A DNA stretch of 64,000 nt from a virus (Duplodnaviria > Caudoviricetes), in the IMG/VR virus record IMGVR_UViG_3300036945_000454, positions 788 to 64,787 of that record; one strand, given 5' to 3'. The position numbers and the translations under genes were made by a program. This document shows, piece after piece, positions 56,070-64,000 of the stretch. Each line of letters begins with the position of its first letter. Position 1 is the stretch's first letter. The notes under the pieces were generated by a model. The model worked only from the letters and a program-made list of their open reading frames with translations, searched no databases and was not told where the DNA came from.

Positions 56070-59000
56070 TTATGTACAAGATGTTATTGGTCCATCTATT
56101 ATTATTCCGTCAGGAGAGAATGGGAAAGTACCATCTGCTACACAAAACTGAGGTGATGTAAATGGATCAATAAATACAGATGTTTCAGTCGAGCTTCCGC
56201 ATGGAACAAAATAAACAACTCCTCCAATTCCTGTATCATCTGTAAACTCATACAAACTACAAGTCACAGGAGGCACCGTAGTTGTTGGTGCTATCGTAGT
56301 AGTTGGTGCTATCGTAGTAGTCGGTGCAACTGTAGTCGTAGGAGTTATACACGAGATTGATATACCTGGTGTACTTGTTCCATTGCCTAAGCTATCTCTA
56401 ACAGCTACTGTATACGTACCATTGCCTAATCCTATCAACTGATTACTAGCAGGGTAGTTATACCAGATACCCGGTGTTGGTTGTATGCTAAACTGATAAC
56501 CTGTACCTGTTCCTCCTGATATACCTGTAATTGTAATTACACCTGTACCTTCTCCACCTGCACATGATGTTGCATATGTGAAACTAACAGGAGATAGCGT
56601 AGTTGTTGGAGCTGGTGTAGTTGGTAGTGTTGTAGTCGCAGGACATCCAACAAAACCTGTACCAACCATAGCAACTTGACTTCCACCCGGATTAGAGTAT
56701 AACTCTTCTTGTACTACGAAGAATGCCCCACCAAATGTTAGTCTATCATTAATAGTAAACGATCCGATTGTTCTCTGAGTTGTGTATACAGTTGATCCAT
56801 CAACACAAGCCGTTGTTCTATACCATACAGGCTGTAAAGTAGTTGTTGGAGGAATCGTTGTCGTTGGTGCTATTGTGGTAGTAGGCACAGAGCAATTTAT
56901 TACTATTCCTGTGATACTTGATCCGTTACCTAAGCTATCTCTAACAGCCACATTGTATGTGTTGTTTGCTAACCCTGTCAATTGATTTGTAGCAGGGTAA
57001 TCATACCATACACCTGGAGTAGGCTGTAAGCTATACTGATAGCCTGTGCCAGTTCCACCCGTAATGCTCGTAATTGTAATTATTCCCGTACCAGCACCAC
57101 CTGCACATGACGTAGTATATGTAAATGTTACAGGAGCCAATGTCGTAGTAGGTGCTACCGTAGTAGTCGTAGCAGGACATCCTGTTAAACCTGTGCTTGT
57201 CATGGCAATTAATGGTCCTCCAGGAAGAATGTATAATTCCTCTTGTACCACAAAGAATGATCCACCAAATGTTAATCTATCATTAACCGCAAATGTCCCA
57301 ATAGTTCTCTGTGTTGTAAACACAGTTGCTCCATCAATGCAAGAAGTTGTTCTGTACCATACAGGTTGCAACGTGGTAGTTGGTCCAATAGTAGTAGTTG
57401 GCCCAATAGTAGTAGTTGGTGCTATAGTAGTAGTTGGAGCTATTGTAGTTGTTGGCAATGAACTAGATTGCGTAAACGTAACATTATGTGAATTACCTGA
57501 ACATCCATTAACTGCAACAACAACACTTCTTGTTACACCTGCATTAGCTGTAGCACTAAAATTAATAAGTTTGCTAGTGTTGCCATACAATGTATCTAAT
57601 GTAAGCCAATCATTAGTAGGCACATTTATATACCACTCGTTATTAGATTCAATGCTGAATGCAAATTGATTATTTATAGCCACACTAGAAAAACTTACAG
57701 CATCTTCTGATACTTCAAATAAACAATAATTTACTTTAGTGTCATTGTTAGCCAATACATAATGCTCAAAATAAGGATCAAACATACCTAACTTTTGAGT
57801 AGAAGTATTAAGGTTAGCCTTAAACCAGTTCTTCATACCATTAGATGATATTTCAAACAATCCATTTTCAGCTAATTGTAATACAGCTCCACGTCTAGTA
57901 TCAGTAAAATACAAGTTATTGCCCCAAATAGCAAAGCTTTCAGGATTCTCACTAATACCATATTCGCCAACATATGCTATTTGAGTTCCAAGAACTTCTG
58001 GTATCGAAGCAATAGTTCCCCCACCTACAGAATCACTTAATAAGTTTTTGCCGTAAAGAACTTTAGTTACTTTATTTTCTTGAAATACAACTAAATCTGT
58101 ATCACGTGCATACAACTTTTGAATAGATCCAAAGAATCTATCTAAGTATTTAAAGTTGCCTAGTGACAAGTTAAACTCATTAAGTCTATTGATGGCTGTA
58201 GTCTGCTGATACACGCCACTATATGTCAACGCTTGAACAAGTGTTTGCTCGGCAAATCCTTCAATGGTTGAGTTAGCACGTGGGCTAAAGTCCATTCTAG
58301 CCGCATTAAAGTCATCTCTTATTCTAAAGCTTTCTACACCATTACTCCAAGCAAATGCATTAAAGTCATAGTTAGTGTAAAGTAAATTATCTTCTTTCTT
58401 TAAATATGCAATACCATTTTGTCCAGCGACACCAGGTCCTGGTAGTATTTGATTTTGCCCATTTGTATAATGATTGTTATTTATAATTGGATAAGTATTA
58501 GTTAACTCATAATAAATATCTTGATTTGTATCAGTAGGGACTGTTTCAAATAAAATAGGCTCTTCAGATTGAGTAAAATTAAATGTTACAGAAATTGTTG
58601 ATGATCCACTATTTCTGTAGCCATTTATATACATATATATAGGGTAATTTAAAGCAGGACCAGAAATAGTTCCACCTTGCGAAACAGTATATATAGTATT
58701 ATTGCCACTAGTACCAGGTACAATTGACAAATTAAATCCTCTCCTAAATGTAACAGGTGCGGCAAATACATTTGTTGTCTGATAAAATTGTATCCACTTT
58801 AAATACACACCATCTTCAATAAACCATTCTTCTATATTTACATATTCATTTGTTGATACAAATGTTTGAATAGATTCGGTGTTTCCGTTTTCAGGTTCTT
58901 TTATTTTAAATGTTAAAATAGCACCTGCTTTTATTGGTCGATCCTCTGTGTAAGCACCATTTACATTCCAATCCGTGTTCATTAGCAAAGTTGCTGGAAT

Positions 59001-61067
59001 ACTATTTGATATGGAATAATTAAATCCACCAAATATATTGTAACTAGCATTTGCAACTATTACTCCATTTCTGCAATTGATAACCCAATAGTCACCAACA
59101 TTTAAATTTGACACAGACGTAAATTTAAATTTAAATGAATATGGATTAGTTGTACTAGGAGCAGTATAACTAATAGTTACATCAGTACCAACAACAATTG
59201 TTTGATTGCTAAGTATTTGAGTTTTGGGTCTTCCGTTCTCAATAACATATACTCTGTATTTATTAGTAGCCCCTACAGAATCTATTTCTACATAAAACCT
59301 AGAATCATTGTCTCCTGAATAAATATTACTATCAGTTACTTCTAGTGCTGAAGCAGTCCCTATTCCATAAAATATAGCTTTTTCTGCTACATTAAACTTA
59401 TTTGAAACAGGTTGATAACTAACAGCAGCAGAACCAAAATTATATCTATTGTAAACATATACATTTGGTAATGCAGATTCATCTAATTTTACTTTAAAAT
59501 AAACACCAGCTGGCTGACCTTGATTATTCGAATTAAGAAAATTTGCAGATTTAGATTGAATATCTAATACTTTTATTTGAACGCTACTATTACTTCCAAT
59601 ATTCTTTAAATACAAATATGATCCAATAGATATCTTATCAACGTCAGGTTGATTAATTAAAAACCATTTAAATTGACCCTCTGAAAAATAAGTTAATGGA
59701 AATACATTATAATATTCCTGCTTATTTTGTTTTAAAACAAAACGATAATAAGTAGCAAATGCAGGAGGTGCATAACTCTTATCTATTGTTACCACTAAAC
59801 CATTTGAGTAGTTAGCTCTATTTGCTGGAACAAAAGTTGTATTAGTATTTAGCGTTGGAACAATAACGGTAGTTGAACGACCGTAATTATCTAAGTAAAC
59901 AATACCAACTTCGTAGTCACGATTACTTTTAAATGTGGCATGAGGCAAGTTATCGGTAATTTGACTTCCATCAAATGATAATGAAAATTTAGGATTAATT
60001 GGCTGACCTGCATAGTCTACCAAATTAAAGAATTGAGTATAGTTACCATAAACTAATCTACTTCCAATTAGGTCTTGAGACTTTGCCTTTAAAGGCACAT
60101 TATCAAATAGTCTATTTATTTGATCGGCAGGAAGTACGGTGTATACTTTATTATTTTGAAATCTAAAAGTCTTATCTTGATTGTCTCCAAATCCATTAGC
60201 CTTTTTATTAATATTATCAATTACATATGCATTTGTGCTTAATGTATCAATAAATATTAATTGAACCTCTTTCACATTTTTCTCACCTGTATTGTATTTT
60301 ATATCTACAGCATTCTTACTATTGACCATTGATATATTCTCAGATACACCATAGTCATAAGCAAAAGGCTTTGGCAAAAAAGCTACAGGAGAAAATGGGG
60401 ATAATGAACTATATTCATCATCAATATACTTGTATCTATATGAGAAGTATAAAAACTTGTTCTCTAAGTTGTTTGGATTAGGATCAACTACAGATGGAAA
60501 TGATATCTTAGGTGATGAAAGAGGAGGCTTGACAATAACATTAATATCTGCTTCTGTTACCGTAGCAAAGTTATTAATAGCATAGTTCTTACATCTTTCA
60601 ATGTTTATCTTTCTTGGAGGATTGTAATTATCAGTCCAAAATAATAAACCATTAATGTAGTTAATTCCTGTTACGTAAAATGACTTATTGAAATTAAGTA
60701 ACGATGGTGTCGTTGGCGTAGTTTTAGTAGCTTTTAATACGACAGTAGTTAAATTTAATGTTTCATTGTATTCAAATATGGCATCTGCATTATCTCCAGC
60801 TACTAACCAATAAATTAAATTTGATTCATCGTATGCTAATGATCCTATACACTTGGCATTTGTTAGCCCTAAAGAGCTATTCATCAATCTATTACCTAGA
60901 TAGTTTTGTACAGAACCATTGTTAGATCCTTCAGTAGAAATAAATTGTCCATCTGAATCTCCAACAATAATATTTAATGCATCACGATATTGACCATCAG
61001 GGAGAAAATGAGGATCTAAATCCTTGTTCATTATCCCCTGTAGGAAATTTCTTTGTAATTCTGCCAT
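56070..61067 (-). CDS. Tail nozzle/stabilisation protein with mucin-like and duplicated adhesin-like C-terminal extension
   Basis: MNKDLD..LPDGQYRDALN, LFWTDNYNPPRKIN, GEYGISENPES, FDPY; then (PTTTIA)n tracts. Confidence 0.75.
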   Translation of the reverse strand: MAELQRNFLQGIMNKDLDPHFLPDGQYRDALNIIVGDSDGQFISTEGSNNGSVQNYLGNRLMNSSLGLTNAKCIGSLAYDESNLIYWLVAGDNADAIFEYNETLNLTTVVLKATKTTPTTPSLLNFNKSFYVTGINYINGLLFWTDNYNPPRKINIERCKNYAINNFATVTEADINVIVKPPLSSPKISFPSVVDPNPNNLENKFLYFSYRYKYIDDEYSSLSPFSPVAFLPKPFAYDYGVSENISMVNSKNAVDIKYNTGEKNVKEVQLIFIDTLSTNAYVIDNINKKANGFGDNQDKTFRFQNNKVYTVLPADQINRLFDNVPLKAKSQDLIGSRLVYGNYTQFFNLVDYAGQPINPKFSLSFDGSQITDNLPHATFKSNRDYEVGIVYLDNYGRSTTVIVPTLNTNTTFVPANRANYSNGLVVTIDKSYAPPAFATYYRFVLKQNKQEYYNVFPLTYFSEGQFKWFLINQPDVDKISIGSYLYLKNIGSNSSVQIKVLDIQSKSANFLNSNNQGQPAGVYFKVKLDESALPNVYVYNRYNFGSAAVSYQPVSNKFNVAEKAIFYGIGTASALEVTDSNIYSGDNDSRFYVEIDSVGATNKYRVYVIENGRPKTQILSNQTIVVGTDVTISYTAPSTTNPYSFKFKFTSVSNLNVGDYWVINCRNGVIVANASYNIFGGFNYSISNSIPATLLMNTDWNVNGAYTEDRPIKAGAILTFKIKEPENGNTESIQTFVSTNEYVNIEEWFIEDGVYLKWIQFYQTTNVFAAPVTFRRGFNLSIVPGTSGNNTIYTVSQGGTISGPALNYPIYMYINGYRNSGSSTISVTFNFTQSEEPILFETVPTDTNQDIYYELTNTYPIINNNHYTNGQNQILPGPGVAGQNGIAYLKKEDNLLYTNYDFNAFAWSNGVESFRIRDDFNAARMDFSPRANSTIEGFAEQTLVQALTYSGVYQQTTAINRLNEFNLSLGNFKYLDRFFGSIQKLYARDTDLVVFQENKVTKVLYGKNLLSDSVGGGTIASIPEVLGTQIAYVGEYGISENPESFAIWGNNLYFTDTRRGAVLQLAENGLFEISSNGMKNWFKANLNTSTQKLGMFDPYFEHYVLANNDTKVNYCLFEVSEDAVSFSSVAINNQFAFSIESNNEWYINVPTNDWLTLDTLYGNTSKLINFSATANAGVTRSVVVAVNGCSGNSHNVTFTQSSSLPTTTIAPTTTIAPTTTIGPTTTIGPTTTLQPVWYRTTSCIDGATVFTTQRTIGTFAVNDRLTFGGSFFVVQEELYILPGGPLIAMTSTGLTGCPATTTTVAPTTTLAPVTFTYTTSCAGGAGTGIITITSITGGTGTGYQYSLQPTPGVWYDYPATNQLTGLANNTYNVAVRDSLGNGSSITGIVINCSVPTTTIAPTTTIPPTTTLQPVWYRTTACVDGSTVYTTQRTIGSFTINDRLTFGGAFFVVQEELYSNPGGSQVAMVGTGFVGCPATTTLPTTPAPTTTLSPVSFTYATSCAGGEGTGVITITGISGGTGTGYQFSIQPTPGIWYNYPASNQLIGLGNGTYTVAVRDSLGNGTSTPGISISCITPTTTVAPTTTIAPTTTIAPTTTVPPVTCSLYEFTDDTGIGGVVYFVPCGSSTETSVFIDPFTSPQFCVADGTFPFSPDGIIIDGPITSCT
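56270..57460. repeat. 18-bp PTTT(I/L)x repeats and a ~540-bp internal duplication
   Basis: gtagtagttggtgctat-type units; QPVWYRTT...AVRDSLGNG block occurs twice. Confidence 0.85.
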
Positions 61068-61964
61068 TTATTTTATCCACTTAGATTGGCCTCTCATGTT
61101 CATTAACAAGCGACCAGGATGTAAATTACTTAATCTAATTTTAGCGTTTCTCCAATTAGAGGTTTTTTCTTTACGAGCTCTATTAATAATATACTCAGGT
61201 TGATTAGCTTTTGTATTTAAGATAGCCCATTTAATATAAGAGTATAAATACTCTTCAGCTAATTTAGGTACAGGGATTTGCTCATCAGTTAATCCATATA
61301 AGCCATCAGAGATATACTCTACTACAACTGATTGACGATGCACACCTGTGCTGAAGTTAATTACGCCTTCTGTCTTATTGATAGTAAACGTGGGGTTGGC
61401 TGTAGCAGCTTCAGTATTCAATCCGTAATACTGACCTCCTGGATAATTAAAATACCACAATCCATCCAAATACCAACCCCATTGGTCGTTCTGTTCACAG
61501 TAACATTGATCCAATCCATCCAAACGAGATGCATCTAATTTAGATGTAACAATTAATGCGTTACCATCTTCATCAAATGTAATAGCATAAGTATCGTCCT
61601 GCAAAAATTCTACCGCTGAGTTTGCTTGCAAGTTCTCATGCATAGGATATAATATACCTCCACAGAATAATGATATGCGAACCCAGTTAACATAATCAGG
61701 AGGCAATACAAACTTAAGGTCATCACCAACTTCTAATTGCAAAGCATTAACAACACGATTTCCATCGTACTGCAATTCTTGCAATCCACGCTTGGCATGA
61801 AATAAGATTTTATATCGATTGACGTTATTAAGCAAATCGCCATCGTCCATGTACATTAATTGGAAATTGTTAACAATCTCATTTAACGTAACATTTTGAT
61901 ATGTCCCCCAGTTTTTATCTTTTGGGGTGACCCCGTCATTGGTGTAATATTCTTCTTGAGTCAT
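61068..61964 (-). CDS. Tail/head-tail adaptor protein
   Basis: LPPDYVNWVRIS, VEYISDG; structural-module position. Confidence 0.6.
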   Translation of the reverse strand: MTQEEYYTNDGVTPKDKNWGTYQNVTLNEIVNNFQLMYMDDGDLLNNVNRYKILFHAKRGLQELQYDGNRVVNALQLEVGDDLKFVLPPDYVNWVRISLFCGGILYPMHENLQANSAVEFLQDDTYAITFDEDGNALIVTSKLDASRLDGLDQCYCEQNDQWGWYLDGLWYFNYPGGQYYGLNTEAATANPTFTINKTEGVINFSTGVHRQSVVVEYISDGLYGLTDEQIPVPKLAEEYLYSYIKWAILNTKANQPEYIINRARKEKTSNWRNAKIRLSNLHPGRLLMNMRGQSKWIK

Positions 61965-62656
61965 TATTGAGCCCTTTGATCCATGTACATTTCTTCTTGC
62001 TTGGCATTAGCCACAACCTCTTGTTCCCGAATACTTGTTCCTGCATATTCGCATATTTTAACAACTAGCTTCGGAAAGTCTTGCCCGGTTAATTCAAAGT
62101 CTTGATAATCGTTAGCACTTTGATTAAACAATGGACTACCGTTCACAACTGTATACGTCCACTTAGGATCGTATGGATACCGAACATAATATGTTTCAAC
62201 ATTGTTAACTATCGTCAACGGGTAAATAGTTATGCTATCTCCTTGCATAACATATGCAGGGTATAATGTATTTGGTGCTGTTAAGTTTGATTGCAATAAT
62301 TTATATACATTGCGTTGGTCAACGTGCTCAACTTCTTTTGAGTTATAATACAAAGCATTAAGCAAAAACCAATCAGTTGGCATTGCAAAAGTCTGACTTC
62401 CTGAACTGTAAGTCAATGGTACGTTTTTGGAAAAATAGTCAATGGTTTGATCCAATTGCTTTGTGATATCAGAATACCCAGATGTTTCTTGACCTTTAAA
62501 ATCAGAAAGTTTTGAATTCTTGAAATCAATAAAGTATTGATTGAAGATTTCTAACTGAGCTTGCTTGGCAAACGAGTTGAATTCTTCTGGAGTTATATAT
62601 CCATTATTATCCTTGTTAATAATAGACATCACAGTATTGCGGACAGAATTAATCAT
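61964..62656 (-). CDS. Head-tail connector (ring) protein
   Basis: INKDNNGYITPEEFN..AKQAQ, YVRYP.DP.W. Confidence 0.65.
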   Translation of the reverse strand: MINSVRNTVMSIINKDNNGYITPEEFNSFAKQAQLEIFNQYFIDFKNSKLSDFKGQETSGYSDITKQLDQTIDYFSKNVPLTYSSGSQTFAMPTDWFLLNALYYNSKEVEHVDQRNVYKLLQSNLTAPNTLYPAYVMQGDSITIYPLTIVNNVETYYVRYPYDPKWTYTVVNGSPLFNQSANDYQDFELTGQDFPKLVVKICEYAGTSIREQEVVANAKQEEMYMDQRAQ

Positions 62657-63156
62657 TGTATGTATTTATTTTCAATACCTTCATTATGCAAAAATAAGCA
62701 TAATTTTCGGTATGCTTTTTCTTCGTCATCAAAGATTCCAATATACTTTTGTTTGCCATTAATATATACTTGAGCCCTCCATTTATGGTGTCCTTTATCC
62801 CATGTTACATTAGGATATTTGCTGCTTTTTTTATACATAAGGCTTCGATGTGAATAATTCTCTCTAAATGAAACTATTTCTAAATTAGATAAATTATTAT
62901 TCAACTTATTGCCATCAATGTGATTTACAGACATGCCTTTATGTTTGCCCCAGAAACTTTCAGAAACAATCTTGTGGACCTTTTTAGCTAATCTGATGTA
63001 ATTTTTACACAATTGTAAATAAAGATATCCATCGTTTGTTTTTCTTGGCTTTAATACCCTTTTATTAAATTTAGATATATTTCTTATTCTACCCAAATTG
63101 CTTACTTCATGTGTTTCCTCATACCCTAATACAGGAACCCATAATTCATTTTCCAT
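62653..63156 (-). CDS. NUMOD4-HNH-AP2-like homing endonuclease
   Basis: Likely start MENELW at 63156; VSNLGRI, VHKIV, VNHIDGNKLNN, SSKYPNV. Confidence 0.9.
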   Translation of the reverse strand: MENELWVPVLGYEETHEVSNLGRIRNISKFNKRVLKPRKTNDGYLYLQLCKNYIRLAKKVHKIVSESFWGKHKGMSVNHIDGNKLNNNLSNLEIVSFRENYSHRSLMYKKSSKYPNVTWDKGHHKWRAQVYINGKQKYIGIFDDEEKAYRKLCLFLHNEGIENKYIQ

Positions 63157-63256
63157 AATAAAAATAGGTCTTACTAAATCCACCGCATCTCACCTCGGTT
63201 TCATTAATAAGACCATTTATGTTTTTAAGTTACGTATTGTGAGATGGTAACTACAT
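63157..63256 (-). ncRNA. Candidate kissing-loop leader RNA D
   Basis: Promoter TATCTTTG 63259-63266; AGUUAC-CAUCUCACAAUAC-GUAACU, then GGUCUUAUUAA-UGAA-ACCG-AGGUGAGAUG-CGGU-GGAU-UUAGUAAGACC, U-tract, ATG. Confidence 0.7.
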
Positions 63257-63267
63257 GACAAAGATAT

Positions 63268-63293
63268 AAAAAAAGGAGGACTTTTGTCCTCCC
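63268..63293 (-). terminator. Intrinsic terminator
   Basis: GGAGGAC-AAAA-GTCCTCC followed by T7 on the minus strand. Confidence 0.75.
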
Positions 63294-63299
63294 TTAGTT

Positions 63300-64000
63300 T
63301 TACTTCATTTTCTTTTCAATCATTTTATACAACTCGATACCATCATCACTTTGTAGATAAGACACAAGCAATTTAACTGGATCTTCACCAAAAGGAATAC
63401 CCATTAATTTTTTCTTATTTTCTGTGAAGTTAAAGTAGATATCTCTGTTATTATTCTTAATTAAGAATAATCCATCTTGCAATGCTTTAGCAGCAATGTT
63501 ACGTAAACGCAATTCAGGATCATCTAAGATGTCTAAGAATTCTTTCGCATTGTTACGAGCATACAATAAGATGTCTCTGTTTAATTCTTCGCTAGACAAT
63601 TTATCTACACGAGCACCAAGTAGAATACGACCGATAGCTTCTTTAGTAGCTAAGTCTAAATTACGAGCTGCGTTCAACGCATCCATTTGAACATAAATCC
63701 AATCGATTTGCTCAGATGCATCTTTCTTAGTATCAATCTCTTCATACAATACACCACTCTCTGGGTGATATGCTAAGAACCTTTGTAATACTTGATTGGT
63801 TTTTGGTACAGTTAGTAGGCCATCTTCAAAGATAATTGGCTCTAAGATAGCGTGGCCATCTTGCTCATCTTCAAATGGAGACTTTTGATTTATTGCGTAA
63901 CGCAATGGACGATTCTGTCCTGTTTGATCATCGAACCATAATAGTGGCTTACGAGAAGTATTTCTCGAAGACAACATAAAGGTCATTGGGAATGATTTTC
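63300..64000 (-). CDS. Conserved structural-module protein (start lies beyond the window)
   Basis: LRYAINQKSPFEDEQ, IIFEDG.L.V; frame open to the right edge. Confidence 0.7.
   Translation of the reverse strand, partial: KSFPMTFMLSSRNTSRKPLLWFDDQTGQNRPLRYAINQKSPFEDEQDGHAILEPIIFEDGLLTVPKTNQVLQRFLAYHPESGVLYEEIDTKKDASEQIDWIYVQMDALNAARNLDLATKEAIGRILLGARVDKLSSEELNRDILLYARNNAKEFLDILDDPELRLRNIAAKALQDGLFLIKNNNRDIYFNFTENKKKLMGIPFGEDPVKLLVSYLQSDDGIELYKMIEKKMK

Noticed and set aside
1-64000. Stop-codon reassignment as in some crAss-like phages
   Set aside because: Genes are full length in the standard code; TAG and TGA both end genes at tight junctions

Overview
The window is most of the genome of a lytic, podovirus-type tailed phage of a Bacteroidota host (crAss-like/Cellulophaga phi38:1-like gene set; many TAnnTTTG promoters; standard genetic code). 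Minus strand 1-24.5 kb: major capsid protein (cut by the left edge), scaffold, portal, terminase, a glycosyl/sulfo-transferase block beside Gly-Thr-Ser-repeat tail fibres, a lysis cassette, small basic proteins and GroEL/GroES. Plus strand 25.2-43.8 kb: early and replication genes (Gp88-like, C5 methylase-like, SSAP, exonuclease, SSB, primase-helicase, SNF2 helicase, VRR-NUC, phosphoesterase); I recognise no DNA polymerase. Minus strand 43.9-64 kb: ejection proteins and tail/adaptor genes. Most striking observation: each of four free-standing HNH endonuclease genes has its own promoter and a ~90-105 nt leader of two hairpins whose loops are perfectly complementary (a different 7-8 nt pair per copy, i.e. 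covariation). Three leaders also share an AUGAA/RGAUU internal loop. This is a candidate kissing-loop RNA-HNH mobile cassette that I cannot assign to a known family. Also notable: two separate pairings of a Ser/Thr-repeat virion protein with adjacent O-glycosylation/sulfation enzymes, a duplicated origin-like element, and strong GATC enrichment in the early region. All protein calls are motif recognition by eye; no database search was run.
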